In this document: positions 28,107-42,192 of the stretch, one piece after another | How positions within the stretch are numbered: the first letter of the stretch is position 1 | Layout: each line of letters opens with the position of its first letter | Source of the DNA: Antedon mediterranea | Taxonomy: Eukaryota; Animalia; Echinodermata | Assembly (NCBI RefSeq): GCF_964355755.1 | Contig: NC_092678.1 | Location: forward strand, 16,349,881-16,413,880 | Reading direction: 5' to 3' | DNA length: 64,000 nt | Notes under the pieces: model-generated | What the model was told of the DNA's origin: nothing | The model's input: only the letters and a program-made list of their open reading frames with translations | Databases searched by the model: none | Translations under genes and position numbers: made by a program

Positions 28107-30966
28107 CTAGAACTTAAACTCGTCACTTGAGGACGAGTTTGGTTATCCGCCCGCAAAAAAAACGTATCTTGTGCATTCAAGTACTTTTCAATCATGACTT
28201 TTCCAAAAAGTAGCCTATTCGAAATTAAAACTGCCCTTTCATTGTAATAACCATATAAATCATTTTATTTAATTGGTTTCCCGTGACGAGATTCGATCCC
28301 GGTACCTCTGATACCAAAGTCGGTTGCACTACACATCGAGCCATATGAGCACCTGCCGAAGGAAATCCGAAGAAAGTTTACACGTTCATTCGGTATGTCG
28401 TGAACCACTCGATGCAAATAGATTATTACTTAGCAAACTAAATCATAATTTTTACTATGATGAAATCTTCAAAAATGTTAAACAGTGACATATTATGAAA
28501 GTGCATACTTTTAAGTTGTATATATTAACATGTGAAGAAAAAAGATAAACGTTATATTTATTGTTTTGCTCCTTGAAAACGTTTATGTTTGTTTGATGAT
28601 AAATATTTCAAAAATTATATTTAATATGCAAATAATGTAGCCATCAAACACGTTTTAGCATTCAACACTATAATAAATCAGACCTATGATTCATACACTG
28701 CAAGAAATTAAAATAAAAAATGGGGGTAACCTTGCATTCTGATGAACTGTATCATTTTTAAAAGTAAAAAAAATCCAAATAAAGAGTGCCAAGCCTTGAT
28801 TCAACGTTTCGATCTTTATTTGATCATCATAAATATCATCATCAGGTGTAACTAAAAAAACAAACTTATGTTTTAACGTTGTTTCCCATGCTGGGATTCG
28901 ATCCCTGTGCGGCTAATAGCAAAGTCGGTGGCACTACACATCGAGCCATAAGGACACCCGTTACATATGTCACGAAGAAAGATTCCTTGTCCATTTGCTA
29001 TTTCATGAACCCCTTGATGGAAATAGATTATTACATACCGAATTAAATCATGATTTATACTATGATGGCATTTTCAACAAAATAAAAAAGTCACATATTT
29101 TTTTTATAAAATAATATTGACGGGAAAAACTACGTTTATTGTTTCACGCTTACAAAACAATTGTTATTTTTATATCATTTTATTTAAATGTTTTCCCGTG
29201 ATGGAATTTGATCCCGGTATCTCTGATACCAAATTCGGTTGCACTAACACATCGAGCCATATGAGCACCTGCCGAAAAAAATCCGAAGAAAGAGTCCTCG
29301 TGCATTCGGTATGTCGTGAACACCCCTCGATGCAAGTTGATTATTACATATCAAACTAAATCATAATTTTAACTATGAAGAAATCTTCACAAATTTTAAA
29401 CAGTGACACATTACAAAAGTGCGTATCTTGCGCATTCAAGTACTTTTCAGTTGTGACTATTCAAAATTAAAACTGCCCTCTCAGTGTAATAACCAACTAA
29501 ACCCTTTTAATTAATTGTTTTCCCGTTACGGGACTCGAACCCGGTACCTCTGATACCAAAGTCGGTTGCATTACACATCGAGCCATATGACCACCTGCTG
29601 ACGAAAATCCGAAGAAAGAGTCCTCGTTCATTCGGTATGTCGTGAACCCCCTCGATGCAAGTTGATTATTACATATCAAACTTAAATCATAAATTTTACT
29701 ATGATGAAATCTTCAAAAATTTTAAACGCTGATATTTTATGAAAGTACATACTTTCAAGTTTTATATATTAACATGTAAAGAAAAAAGATAAATGTTATG
29801 TTTATTGTTTTGCTCTTTGAATAAGTTTATGTTTGTTTGATGATAAATATTTCAAAAATTATATTTAATATGCAAATAATGTAGCCATCAAACACGTTTT
29901 AGCATTCAACACTATAATAAATCAGACCTATGATTCATACACTGCAAGAAATTAAAATAAAAAATGGGGGTAACCTTGCATTCTGATGAACTGTGTCATT
30001 TTTAAAAGTAGACATATTTTGGAACATTTTCACAATTTGTTGACGTTTTCGTGCGCAACCTGTCATGTTTAACGTGCTCGTAGAACGCCATTTCAAGTTG
30101 AAAAGTGAATAAAATAACGTAAAATTGTTAACAGAAGATTTAAAAACACAAATCGTGTAAAAGAAATGCTCTTACCTGTTCCCTGCGCCATGCGCGCGTA
30201 AAAATGTGCGCACCAGTGGCAATTTTTTAAACGCTTAAAATGACCTGAATCGTGCTCTAATTTAATCAGAAATTGATTTGAAGCATTTTAAAATTTCAAA
30301 CGCCATTTACGCGCGCACTTTCTAATGTTACAAATTGCGATAGCGTTAAAAAAGTTAACTATTGATGTGAAGCAAACGTGGCTGAAAATGACGTTAAAAA
30401 ATATTCATTTGTTTCGAAGTTATTACCAATTTAAGATTTTCAGAAAATCACGCGTAACTTACGCTACGCGGCTCTGACATCGTCAAAAAGCTTGGCTGGA
30501 CAACTTCAGTAAAATGTCTATATGTTGAACAAGTTACAAAATGTTATGTTAACGCGTTACAGAGAAACAGCGTGCACAAATTAGGAGCATTTTAAAATTT
30601 CAAACGCAGTTTACGCGCAGACTTTCTAGTGTTCAAAAATTTGCTGAAGAGCGAAAAAGTTAGCCATTGATGTGAAGAAAACGTGGCTGAAAATTTCGTT
30701 AAAAAATATTTATCGGTTTCGAAGTTATGACCGATTTAAGATTTTCAGAAAATCGCGCGTAACTTACGCTACGCGGATCGGACATTGTCAAAAAGCTTCG
30801 CAGTACATCTTCAGTTAATTGTCTATATGTTGACCAAGTTACAAAATGTTATGTTAACACGTTCAAGAGAAAACGCGTACACAAAATCTGAGAAAGAAAG
30901 AAGAATAATAAAAAAAAAAAGTAACACTACAATAACAAAGGTTATCCGCTTGAGGCGGATAACCAA
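28107..30966 (-). mobile_element. Family C element C1 (2860 bp, four tRNA-like modules)
   Basis: CTAGAACTTAAACTCGTCACTTGAGGACGAGTTTGGTTATCCGC ... GGTTATCCGCTTGAGGCGGATAACCAA. Confidence 0.85.
29521..29592 (-). ncRNA. tRNA-derived (SINE-head-like) module with Pol III A/B boxes; other copies at 28279-28350, 28884-28955, 29194-29266 and 42366-42437
   Basis: Minus strand GGTCATATGGCTCGATGTG...CGACTTTGGTATC...CCGGGTTCGAGTCCCG. The acceptor stem does not pair, so it is not a functional tRNA. Confidence 0.6.
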
Positions 30967-30978
30967 TAAAAATAAAAA

Positions 30979-33900
30979 CTAGACATGTAACTCGTCACTT
31001 TGACGAGTTTGGTTATCCGCCGCGCAAGTGGTGAAACATTAACATTAAGGGGATAGGTTGAGGACAAAAGGAAGTGTTCACGTTGGCATTATGACCTGAA
31101 CTGAAGAATATGATATGTTGTTATTGCTGAATTTTATTATTTAAATCCATATATAGTATACACAGTATAATCTGTATCCATATCACATACAGTGTAGAAT
31201 AGGTGAAATTACGGGACCCGCTATTTATTGCAATTTTTAACATGTTGACGGTTTTAAAATGAAACGCGAAGGTAGTAATTCCGAAAGCAAATTATCTCAG
31301 CAACAACGTATTAACGTGTAGAAGAAATTTGAATACGTGAAATATTGATGCGCGCTCTTTTAAATGTAATGAATTATGACGCAAAAGATGAAAATACGAC
31401 CTTTTTTATTTAACTGGCCATATGATGACGTCACAACATCCGATTGGCAACATTTTTACATAATTTCGTATCTACAATCCAATAGCTTCCAGAAAAAGTT
31501 TTAATCGTGATTATCACATTTTATTCTTACGAGCTATAACAGATTAAAATTTACTGTAAAGATGAAATTACTGCCACACGTGATTTTAATTTTTAGGCAT
31601 GATGACGTCAAAAAAATTAAATTATTTTTAACTCATGCGAAAGATAGTTGATTGACCTAGACAATGTCAAAATCGGGGTGAAAATGGAAAACGGATAAGT
31701 GGAGATGCGCTCTATTCAATGTGATGAGCTATGACGAAAGATACAAAAATCCTAAATTTTATATTCGCGTGGCCATACGATGACGTCAAAATGTCCGGTT
31801 AGCCATATTAATACCTGATCCGATATCTACAACTCATCTACTTCCAGAATATCCCATCCACAAAAAGTTGACCTTCTAGTTTAGAAATTACGACTGTTTA
31901 AAAAAAGGCATATTTTAAACGAATTTTTTAACATTTTCATAAAAAACGCGCGCAAATTGTCCAATTCGACGTGCTCGTATGACGTATCTTTAAGTCGAAA
32001 TTGTTTAAAATTTGGTAAAATTACTAGAAAAAGCTGGAAAAACATAAATCACGCAAAAAAAAATCGTTTTCCATGCTACGTGCGCACCGCACACGTAAAA
32101 ATGTGCGCACGCGTGGGAATTTTTGACATGCTTAAAACGACATGAAACGCGTAGAAAGTTGATTATAAATTAATTTTGCGCATTTTGAAATTTTAAATGC
32201 GCGTGCGCGCGTAACTTTGTGTAAAACACGCAATTTTTTTTCAACAGAAAGTTAGCGCATGATATAAATTAAACTTTTGCAAAGTTTCACTTTAAAATGT
32301 TATTTGGTTTTCGACATATGTTAAATACGAGAAAATCGTTAAATCGCGCGTACGTCACGTTGCGCAATTGTAAACATCATGAAAAGCTTCGCTTGACGAC
32401 GTTACATAAATGTCAAAATGTTAACATAGGTAACAAAATGTTATGTTTGCAAGTTTTAGAGAAAAGCGTTACACAAAAATCATACAGAAAGAAAGAAGAA
32501 AAACTAGACATGTAACTCGTCACTTTGACGAGTTTGGTTATCCGCCGCGCAAGTGGTGCAACATTAACATTAAGGGGATAGGTTGAGGACAAAAGGAAGT
32601 GTTCACGTTGGCATTATGACCTGAACTGAAGAATATGATCTGTTGTTATTGCTGAATTTTATTATTTAAATTCATATACAGTATACACAGTATAATCTGT
32701 ATCCATATCACATACAGTGTAGAATAGGTGAAATTACGGGACCCGCTATTTATTGCAATTTTTAACATGTTGACGGTTTTAAAATGAAACGCGAAGGTAG
32801 CAATTCCGAAAGGAAATTATCTCAGCAACAACGTATTAGCGTGTAGAAGAAATTTGAATACGTTAAATATTGATGCGCGCTCTTTTAAATGTAATGAATT
32901 ATGACGCAAAAGATGAAAATACGACCTTTTTTATTTAACTGGCCATATGATGACGTCACAACATCCGATTGGCAACATTTTTACATAATTTCATATCTGC
33001 AATCCAATAGCTTCCAGAAAAAGTTGTAATCGTGATTATCACATTTTATTCTTACGAGCTATAACAGATTAAAATTTACTGTAAAGATGAAATTGATGCC
33101 ATACGTGATTTAAATTTTTAGGCATGATGACGTCAAAAAAATTAAAATATTTTTAACTCATGCGAAAGATAGTTGATTGATCTAGACAATATCAAAATCG
33201 GGATGAAAATGGAAAACGGATAAGTGGAGATGCGCTCTATTCAATGTGATGAGCTATGACGAAAGATACAAAAATCCTAAATTTTATATTCGCGTGGCCA
33301 TACGATGACGTCACAATGTCCGGTTAGCCATATTAATACCTGATCCGATATCTACAACTCATCTACTTCCAGAATATGTCATCCACAAAAATTTGACCGT
33401 CTAGTTTAGAAATTACGACTGTTTAAAAAAAGGCATATTTTAAACGAATTTTTTAACCTTTTCATAAAAAACGCGCGCAAATTGTCCAATTCGACGTGCT
33501 CGTATGACGTATCTTTAAGTCGAAATTGTTAAAAATTTGGTAAAATTACATGAAAAGGCTGGAAAAACATAAATCACGCGAAAAAAATACGTTTTCAATG
33601 CTACGTGCGCACCGCACACGTAAAAAGGTGCGCACGCGTGGGAATTTTTGACATGCTTAAAACGACATGAAACGCGTAGAAAGTTGATTATAAATTAATT
33701 TCGCGCATTTTGAAATTTTAAATGCGCGTGCGCGCGTAACTTTGTATAAAACACGCAATTTTTTTTCAACAGAAAGTTAGCGCATGATATAAATTAAACT
33801 TTTGCAAAGTTTCAAGTTGAAATGTTATTTGGTTTTCGACATATGTTAAATACGAGAAAATCGTTAAATCGCGCGTACGTCACGTTGCGCAATTGTAAAC

Positions 33901-34171
33901 ATCATGAAAAGCTTCGCTTGACGACGTTACATAAATGTCAAAATGTTAACATAGTTAACAAAATGTTATGTTTGCAAGTTTCAGAGAAAAGCGTTACACA
34001 AAAATCATACAGAAAGAAAGAAGAAGAATAAAAAGATGATGATGATGATGATTTCGTACAATCACAAGAGGTTATCCTGCAACTTCGTTGCGGATAACCA
34101 ATAAAAAGTTGATGTTGATGATTTCGTACAATCACAAGAGGTTATCCTGCAACTTCGTTGCGGATAACCAA
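30979..34171 (-). mobile_element. Family B element B2, containing B3
   Basis: Body runs to 32503; closing segment 34102-34171. Confidence 0.8.
32504..34101 (-). mobile_element. Family B element B3 (complete, 1598 bp)
   Basis: Both B termini are present. Removing it restores GAAGAAAAA|TAAAAAGTTG as seen in B1. Confidence 0.85.
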
Positions 34172-35824
34172 TAATAAAGATTTCATACAATAACAATAGG
34201 TGATCATTTTATTCTAAATGATCACCTAATAATAAAGATTTCATACAATAACAATAGGTGATCATTTTATTCTAAATGATCACCTAACTAGAATTTAATT
34301 CGTCACTTTGACGAATTATAGGTGATCATTTTTATCATTTTAATGAAATTAAATTTTTTTAAACATGCACGTACGTTAACATACGATCGTAAAAAGTTGA
34401 TGTGCGCCATCCTATGACATGATGCATACGCTTATAGTGCTGAGTTGTGCCTATTATATGCCATATACAATATGTACAGTATTTACTGTATATCTATATA
34501 CAGTGTAGCATAGGTGAAATTACGGGACCCACATCATGTTCTAATTTTTTGGTATGATGGAATAATCATAATAAACTCGAAGATGGCAATTTCGAAAGAT
34601 AATGAATTGAGCAAATAAATATAAGGATTGGAAGAGAATTTGACACGTAGAAGCGCAATGCGCGCTCTTTGAAATTTGTATAAATTTGACGAAAGAGAGA
34701 AAAAAACTACCTTTTAAATTAAACTGACCATTTCATAATGTCACAACATCCGATAGGCCTAATTTTTATATGAATTCATATCTACGTTTCATCAGCTTTT
34801 ATAATAAATTATAATCTTCAAGGTCACCTTTAATTCTGAAGAGCTGTAAGATATTCAAATGTATGGTGTAGCTGAAAATACATGACCTAGGTTATTCAAG
34901 TTTTTACGCATGATGCCGTCATCAAAACAAAAATGTTGACAACTCCTGAGAAAGATAATTAATTGAGCAAGCACATCCTAAAATTTGTGCGCAAATCGAG
35001 CTCAAATAACGGAGATGGGCTCTGTTGAATGTGATAACCCACACAAAAACATAAAAATTACTAATTTTTAAATTCAAGTGGCCATTTGATGACGTCATAC
35101 CATTTTTTACGTCTAATATGTATATATATTTATATCTACAACTTATTGGCTTCCATAATAAGTTAAAAAAAATGGGGGTCACCTGCCATTCTGAAGAGTT
35201 ATATTCTTTTTAAAAAGGCCTTAATTTTTACCATTTTTAGCACTTTTGTACAATTAATGTGCGCATTTTGTCATTTTTAACGTGCTCGTATAGCACTATT
35301 TTAAATCGAAATGGACTCACATTTGGTGAATCTACCAGGGAAGATGAGTAGAATGCAATTTGTACAAAAAAAATTGTATTTTTTACGCTTTCTAAGTACG
35401 CACGTGCAAAAACGTGTTTTTGCGCAGTAATTTTTTAAAACACGCAAATGGCCTATTTTATGCTCTAAATTGATCAAAACTTAATTTTGAGCTTTTTAAA
35501 ATTTTAATGCGCGATTTCACGTGCATGACCTTGAAACACGTAAGTTTTTATTTGTTAATATTTTTATCCTTCACCTGAGGTTTACGTATAGTGAATTTTA
35601 TTGACATGTGATAAAGAGTTATGGAGATATGATTGATAGTGTGATTTCACAAAATCGCGTATACGTGACGTCACGGTTGAGTGATCACGCTGAAAAGCTT
35701 ATTATGGCTAAGTTAAAGTATTTGAAAGACACTGTGAATTTTTTGTGATCATTGCCATTCAACTTTTTGAGATAATTGTTACACAAAAAGTGTACAGAAA
35801 GAATAAAAAAAAAAAAAAAAATAA

Positions 35825-37422
35825 CTAGACATGTAACTCGTCACTTTGACGAGTTTGGTTATCCGCCGCGCAAGTGGTGCAACATTAACATTAAGGGGAT
35901 AGGTTGAGGACAAAAGGAAGTGTTCACGTTGGCATTATGACCTGAACTGAAGAATATGATCTGTTGTTATTGCTGAATTTTATTATTTAAATTCATATAC
36001 AGTATACACAGTATAATCTGTATCCATATCACATACAGTGTAGAATAGGTGAAATTACGGGACCCGCTATTTATTGCAATTTTTAACATGTTGACGGTTT
36101 TAAAATGAAACGCGAAGGTAGCAATTCCGAAAGGAAATTATCTCAGCAACAACGTATTAGCGTGTAGAAGAAATTTGAATACGTTAAATATTGATGCGCG
36201 CTCTTTTAAATGTAATGAATTATGACGCAAAAGATGAAAATACGACCTTTTTTATTTAACTGGCCATATGATGACGTCACAACATCCGATTGGCAACATT
36301 TTTACATAATTTCATATCTGCAATCCAATAGCTTCCAGAAAAAGTTGTAATCGTGATTATCACATTTTATTCTTACGAGCTATAACAGATTAAAATTTAC
36401 TGTAAAGATGAAATTGATGCCATACGTGATTTAAATTTTTAGGCATGATGACGTCAAAAAAATTAAAATATTTTTAACTCATGCGAAAGATAGTTGATTG
36501 ATCTAGACAATATCAAAATCGGGATGAAAATGGAAAACGGATAAGTGGAGATGCGCTCTATTCAATGTGATGAGCTATGACGAAAGATACAAAAATCCTA
36601 AATTTTATATTCGCGTGGCCATACGATGACGTCACAATGTCCGGTTAGCCATATTAATACCTGATCCGATATCTACAACTCATCTACTTCCAGAATATGT
36701 CATCCACAAAAATTTGACCGTCTAGTTTAGAAATTACGACTGTTTAAAAAAAGGCATATTTTAAACGAATTTTTTAACCTTTTCATAAAAAACGCGCGCA
36801 AATTGTCCAATTCGACGTGCTCGTATGACGTATCTTTAAGTCGAAATTGTTAAAAATTTGGTAAAATTACATGAAAAGGCTGGAAAAACATAAATCACGC
36901 GAAAAAAATACGTTTTCAATGCTACGTGCGCACCGCACACGTAAAAAGGTGCGCACGCGTGGGAATTTTTGACATGCTTAAAACGACATGAAACGCGTAG
37001 AAAGTTGATTATAAATTAATTTCGCGCATTTTGAAATTTTAAATGCGCGTGCGCGCGTAACTTTGTGTAAAACACGCAATTTTTTTTCAACAGAAAGTTA
37101 GCGCATGATATAAATTAAACTTTTGCAAAGTTTCAAGTTGAAATGTTATTTGGTTTTCGACATATGTTAAATACGAGAAAATCGTTAAATCGCGCGTACG
37201 TCACGTTGCGCAATTGTAAACATCATGAAAAGCTTCGCTTGACGACGTTACATAAATGTCAAAATGTTAACATAGTTAACAAAATGTTATGTTTGCAAGT
37301 TTCAGAGAAAAGCGTTACACAAAAATCATACAGAAAGAAAGAAGAAGAATAAAAAGATGATGATGATGATGATTTCGTACAATCACAAGAGGTTATCCTG
37401 CAACTTCGTTGCGGATAACCAA
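35825..37422 (-). mobile_element. Family B element B4 (complete; near-identical to B3)
   Basis: Both termini present; same length and diagnostic SNPs as B3. Confidence 0.85.
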
Positions 37423-40400
37423 CTAGACATGTAACTCGTCACTTTGACGAGTTTGGTTATCCGCCGCGCAAGTGGTGCAACATTAACATTAAGGGGATAG
37501 GTTGAGGACAAAAGGAAGTGTTCACGTTGGCATTATGACCTGAACTGAAGAATATGATCTGTTGTTATTGCTGAATTTTATTATTTAAATTCATATATAG
37601 TATACACAGTATAATCTGTATCCATATCACATACAGTGTAGAATAGGTGAAATTACGGGACCCGCTATTTATTGCAATTTTTAACATGTTGATGGTTTTA
37701 AAATGAAACGCGAAGTTAGCAATTCCGAAAGCAAATTATCTCAGCAACAACGTATTAGCGTGTAGAAGAAATTTGAATACGTTAAATATTGATGCGCGCT
37801 CTTTTAAATGTAATGAATTATGACGAAAAAGATGAAAATACGACCTTTTTTATTTAACTCGCCATATGATGACGTCACAACATCCGATTGGCAACATTTT
37901 TACATAATTTCATATCTACAATCCAATAGCTTCCAGAAAAAGTTTTAATCGTAATTATCACATTTTATTCTTACGAGCTATAACAGATTAAAATTTACTG
38001 TAAAGATGAAATTGATGCCACATGTGATTTAAATTTTTAGGCATGATGACGTCAAAAAAATTAAAATATTTTTAACTCATGCGAAAGATAGTTGATTGAC
38101 CTAGACAATATCAAAATCGGGGTGAAAATGGAAAACGGATAAGTGGAGATGCGCTCTATTCAATGTGATGAGCTATGACGAAAGATACAAAAATACTAAA
38201 TTTTATATTCGCGTGGCCATACGATGACGTCACAATGTCCGGTTAGCCATATTAATACCTGATCCGATATCTACAACTCATCTACTTCCAGAATATGTCA
38301 TTCACAAAAATTTGACCGTCTAGTTTAGAAATTGCGACTGTTTAAAAAAAGGCATATTTTAAACGAATTTTTTAACCTTTTCATAAAAAACGCGCGCAAA
38401 TTGTCCAATTCGACGTGCTCGTATGACGTATCTTTAAGTCGAAATTGTTTAAAATTTGGTAAAATTACTAGAAAAGGCTGGAAAAACATAAATCACGCGA
38501 AAAAAATACGTTTTCAATGCTACGTGCACACCGCACACGTAGAAATGTGCGCACGCGTGGGAATTTTTGACATGCTTAAAACGACATGAAACGCGTAGAA
38601 AGTTGATTATAAATTAATTTTGCGCATTTTGAAATTTTAAATGTGCGTGCGCGCGTAACTTTGTGTAAAACACGCAATTTTTTTTCAACAGAAATTTAGC
38701 GCATGATATAAATTAAACTTTTGCAAAGTTTCACTTTAAAATGTTATTTGGTTTTCGACATATGTTAAATACGATAAAATCGTTAAATCGCGCGTACGTC
38801 ACGTTGCGCAATTGTAAACATCATGAAAAGCTTCGCTTGACGACGTTACATAAATGTCAAAATGTTAACATAGTTAACAAAATGTTATGTTTGCGAGTTT
38901 TAGAGAAAAGCGTTACACAAAAATCATACAGAAAGAAAGAAGAAGAATAACTAGACATGTAACTCGTCACTTTGACGAGTTAGTTATCCGCACGACAAAG
39001 GTCACGTAGACGTCATACGTTAGAATATTGCACACAGAAAAAGATTGTGGCAATATGACCTGATCTGAAGAATATGATATGTTGTTATTGCTGAATTCTG
39101 TTATTTTGTGTCATATTATATATACAATATAATCTGTATACACATTACATACTGTGTAGAATAGGTGAAATGACTGGACACGCCATTTAATCCAATTTTT
39201 AACATAGCAACGGTATCAAAATGAAATACTAAGATAGCAATTTCGGAAGGAAATTATCTCGGCAACAAAATATTAATGTGTAGAAGAAATTTAAATACGT
39301 AAAATATTGATGCGCGCTCTTTTAAATGTGATGAATTATGACGCAAAAGATGAAAATACGACTTTTTTTATTTAACTGGTCATATGATGACGTCACAACA
39401 TCCGATTGGCAAAATGTTTACATAAATTCGTATCTACTATCCAATAGCTTCCAGAAAACGTTTAATCATGATTATCACGTTTTATTCTGACGAGCTATAA
39501 CAGATTGAAATTTACTGTAAAGACGAAAATAAGTGACCCACGTTATTTACATTTTTAGACATGATGACGTCATAAAAATTAAAATATTTTTAACTCATAC
39601 GAAAGATAGTTGATTGACCTAGATAATATAAAAATCGGGTAAAAATGGAAAACAGATAATTGGAGATGCGCTCTATTAAATGTCATGCGCTATGATGAAA
39701 GATACAAAAATCCTATATTTTATATTCGCGTGGCCATACGATGACGTCACAATATCCGGTTAGCCATATTATTACATGATCCGATATCTACACCTCATCA
39801 ACTTCAAGAATATGTCATCCACAAAAAGTTGACCGTCCAGTTTAGAAATTACGACTGTTTAAAAAAAGGCATAATTTTGACAAATTTTAACGAATTTTTT
39901 ACCTTTTTCATCAAAAACCCACGTAAATTATCCAATTCGACGTGCCTGTATGACGTAATTTTAAGTCTAAATCGTTTAAAAGTTGGTAAAATTACTACAA
40001 AAGGCTGGAAAAACATAAATCACGTGAAAAAAATTGTTTTCAACGCTACGTGCGCACGGCGCGCGTAAAAAATGCGCACGCGTGGGAATTTTTTACCTGC
40101 TCAAAATGACATGAAACGCGTAGAAAGTTGATTAGAAAGTGATTTTTCGCGTTTTGAAATTTTAAACGCGCGTGCGCGCGTAACTTCGTGTAAAACATGC
40201 CATTTTTTTTACAAAGTCAGTTAGCGCAAGATATAACTAAAACTTTTGTTAAGTTTCAATTTAAATTCTTATATGGTTTTCGATGTATGTTAAATACGCG
40301 AAATTCGTTAAAACGCGCGTAAGTCATGTTGTGCAATTCTGACGTCATTCAAAAATAGAAAAGCACAACTTCAGGTGAATACCCATATGTTGACAAAGTT

Positions 40401-40609
40401 ATGAAATGTTAACTTTACACGTTTTTGAGATATGCTCTGCACAAAAATGACAGAAAGAAAGAATAATACAGAAAAAAAAAAAAGATGATGAAACAGGACA
40501 GTTACAAGGAGTTATCCGCTGAGTGCGGATAACTAAAAAGTTGATGATGATGATGATGATTTCGTACAATCACAAGAGGTTATCCTGCAACTTCGTTGCG
40601 GATAACCAA
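37423..40609 (-). mobile_element. Family B element B5, containing D1
   Basis: Body runs to 38950; closing segment 40537-40609. Confidence 0.8.
38951..40536 (-). mobile_element. Family D element D1 (diverged relative of B)
   Basis: SubTIR TTAGTTATCCGC at one end and GCGGATAACTAA at the other; closing hairpin GTTATCCGC-TGAGT-GCGGATAAC. Confidence 0.85.
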
Positions 40610-42192
40610 TAATAAAGATTTCATACAATAACAATAGGTGATCATTTTATTCTAAATGATCACCTAACTAGAATTTAATTCGTCACTTTGACGAATTATA
40701 GGTGATCATTTTTATCATTTTAATGAAATTAATTTTTTTTAAACATGTACGTACGTTAACATACGATAGGAAAATGTTGATGTATGCCATCCTATTATAC
40801 GCTTATATTGCTGAGTTATGCCTATTATATGCCATATACAATGTACAGTATATACTGTATATCTATATACAGTGTAGCATAGGTGAAATTATGGGACACA
40901 CATCAAGTTCAAATTTTTTGGTATGATGGAATTATCAAAATAAACTCGAAGATGACAATTTCGAAAGATAATGAATTGAGCAAATAAATATAAGGATTGG
41001 AAGAGAATTTGACACGTAGAAGCGCAATGCGCGCTCTTTGAAATTTGTATAACTTCGACTAAAGAAATTTAAAAACTACTTTTTAACTTCAACTGGCCAT
41101 ATGATAACATCACAACATCCGATAGGCTTAATTTTTATATGAATTCATATCTACATTTCATCAGCTTTCATAATAAATTATAATCTTCAAGGTCACCTTT
41201 AATTCTGAGGAGCTATAAGATATTCAAATGTATGGTGTAGCTGAAATTACACGACCTAGGTTATTCAAGTTTTTACGCGTGATGACGTCATCAAAATAAA
41301 AATGTTGACAACTTATGAGAAAGATAATTAATTGAGCAAGCACATACTAAAATGTGTGCAAAAATTGGGCTCAAATAACGGAGATGCGCTCTATTGAATG
41401 TGATAACCCACACAAAAAGATAATAATTACTAATTTTTAAATTCAAGTGGCCATTTCATGACGTCATACCATTTTGTACGTCTAATATGTATATATATTT
41501 ATATCTACAACTTATTGGCTTCCATAATAAGTTAAAAAAATTGGGGGTCACCTGCCATTCTGAAGAGTTATATTCATTTTAAAAAGGCCTTATTTTTTTA
41601 CCATTTTTAGCACTTTTGTACAATTATTGTGCGCATTATGTCATTTTTAACGTGCTCGTATAGCGTTATTTTAAGTCGGAATGGACTCAAAGTCGGAGAA
41701 TGTACTAAGGATTGTGAGTAGAATATGATGTATACATCAAATTTTATTTTTTACCCTTTTTAAAAATCGCGTGCGCAAAAATGTGTTTTTTCGCAGTAAT
41801 TTTTTTAAACACGCAAATGGCCTATTTCATGCTCTAAATTGATAAAAACTAAATTTTGAGCTTTTTAAAATTTCAACGCGCGATTTCACGCGCATGACCT
41901 TGAAACGCCCGAGTTTTTATTTGCTAATATTTTTTACCTTGACCTCAAGTTTACGTGTAGTGATTTTCATTAATATGTGATAATGAATTATGGAGATATG
42001 ATTGATAATGTGATTTCACAAAATGGCGTATACGTCACGTCACGGATGAGTGATCACGCTGAAAAGCTTATTAGGACTATGTTAACGTATTTGAAAGACA
42101 TTGTGAAATTTTGGTAATCATTAACATTAAACTTTTTGAGATATTTGTTACACAAAATCTGTACAGAGAGAAATAAATAATAAGAATAAGAA

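Larger units (their letters stand above)
26603..34229 (-). mobile_element. Family A element A7, containing C1 and B2[B3]
   Basis: Body runs to 28106; closing segment 34172-34229. Confidence 0.8.
25077..34287 (-). mobile_element. Family A element A6, containing A7 and its contents
   Basis: Body runs to 26602; closing segment 34230-34287. Confidence 0.8.
34288..40667 (-). mobile_element. Family A element A8, containing B4 and B5[D1]
   Basis: Body runs to 35824; closing segment 40610-40667. Confidence 0.8.

Noticed and set aside
29521-29592. Functional tRNA gene (TGG/TTG anticodon-like loop)
   Set aside because: The acceptor and anticodon stems do not pair properly and the copies are degenerate, so it is treated as tRNA-derived.
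34068-34287. Local short tandem duplications of terminal hairpins (BB, AA)
   Set aside because: Their number and order match the unclosed upstream elements exactly, so nesting explains them better than slippage.
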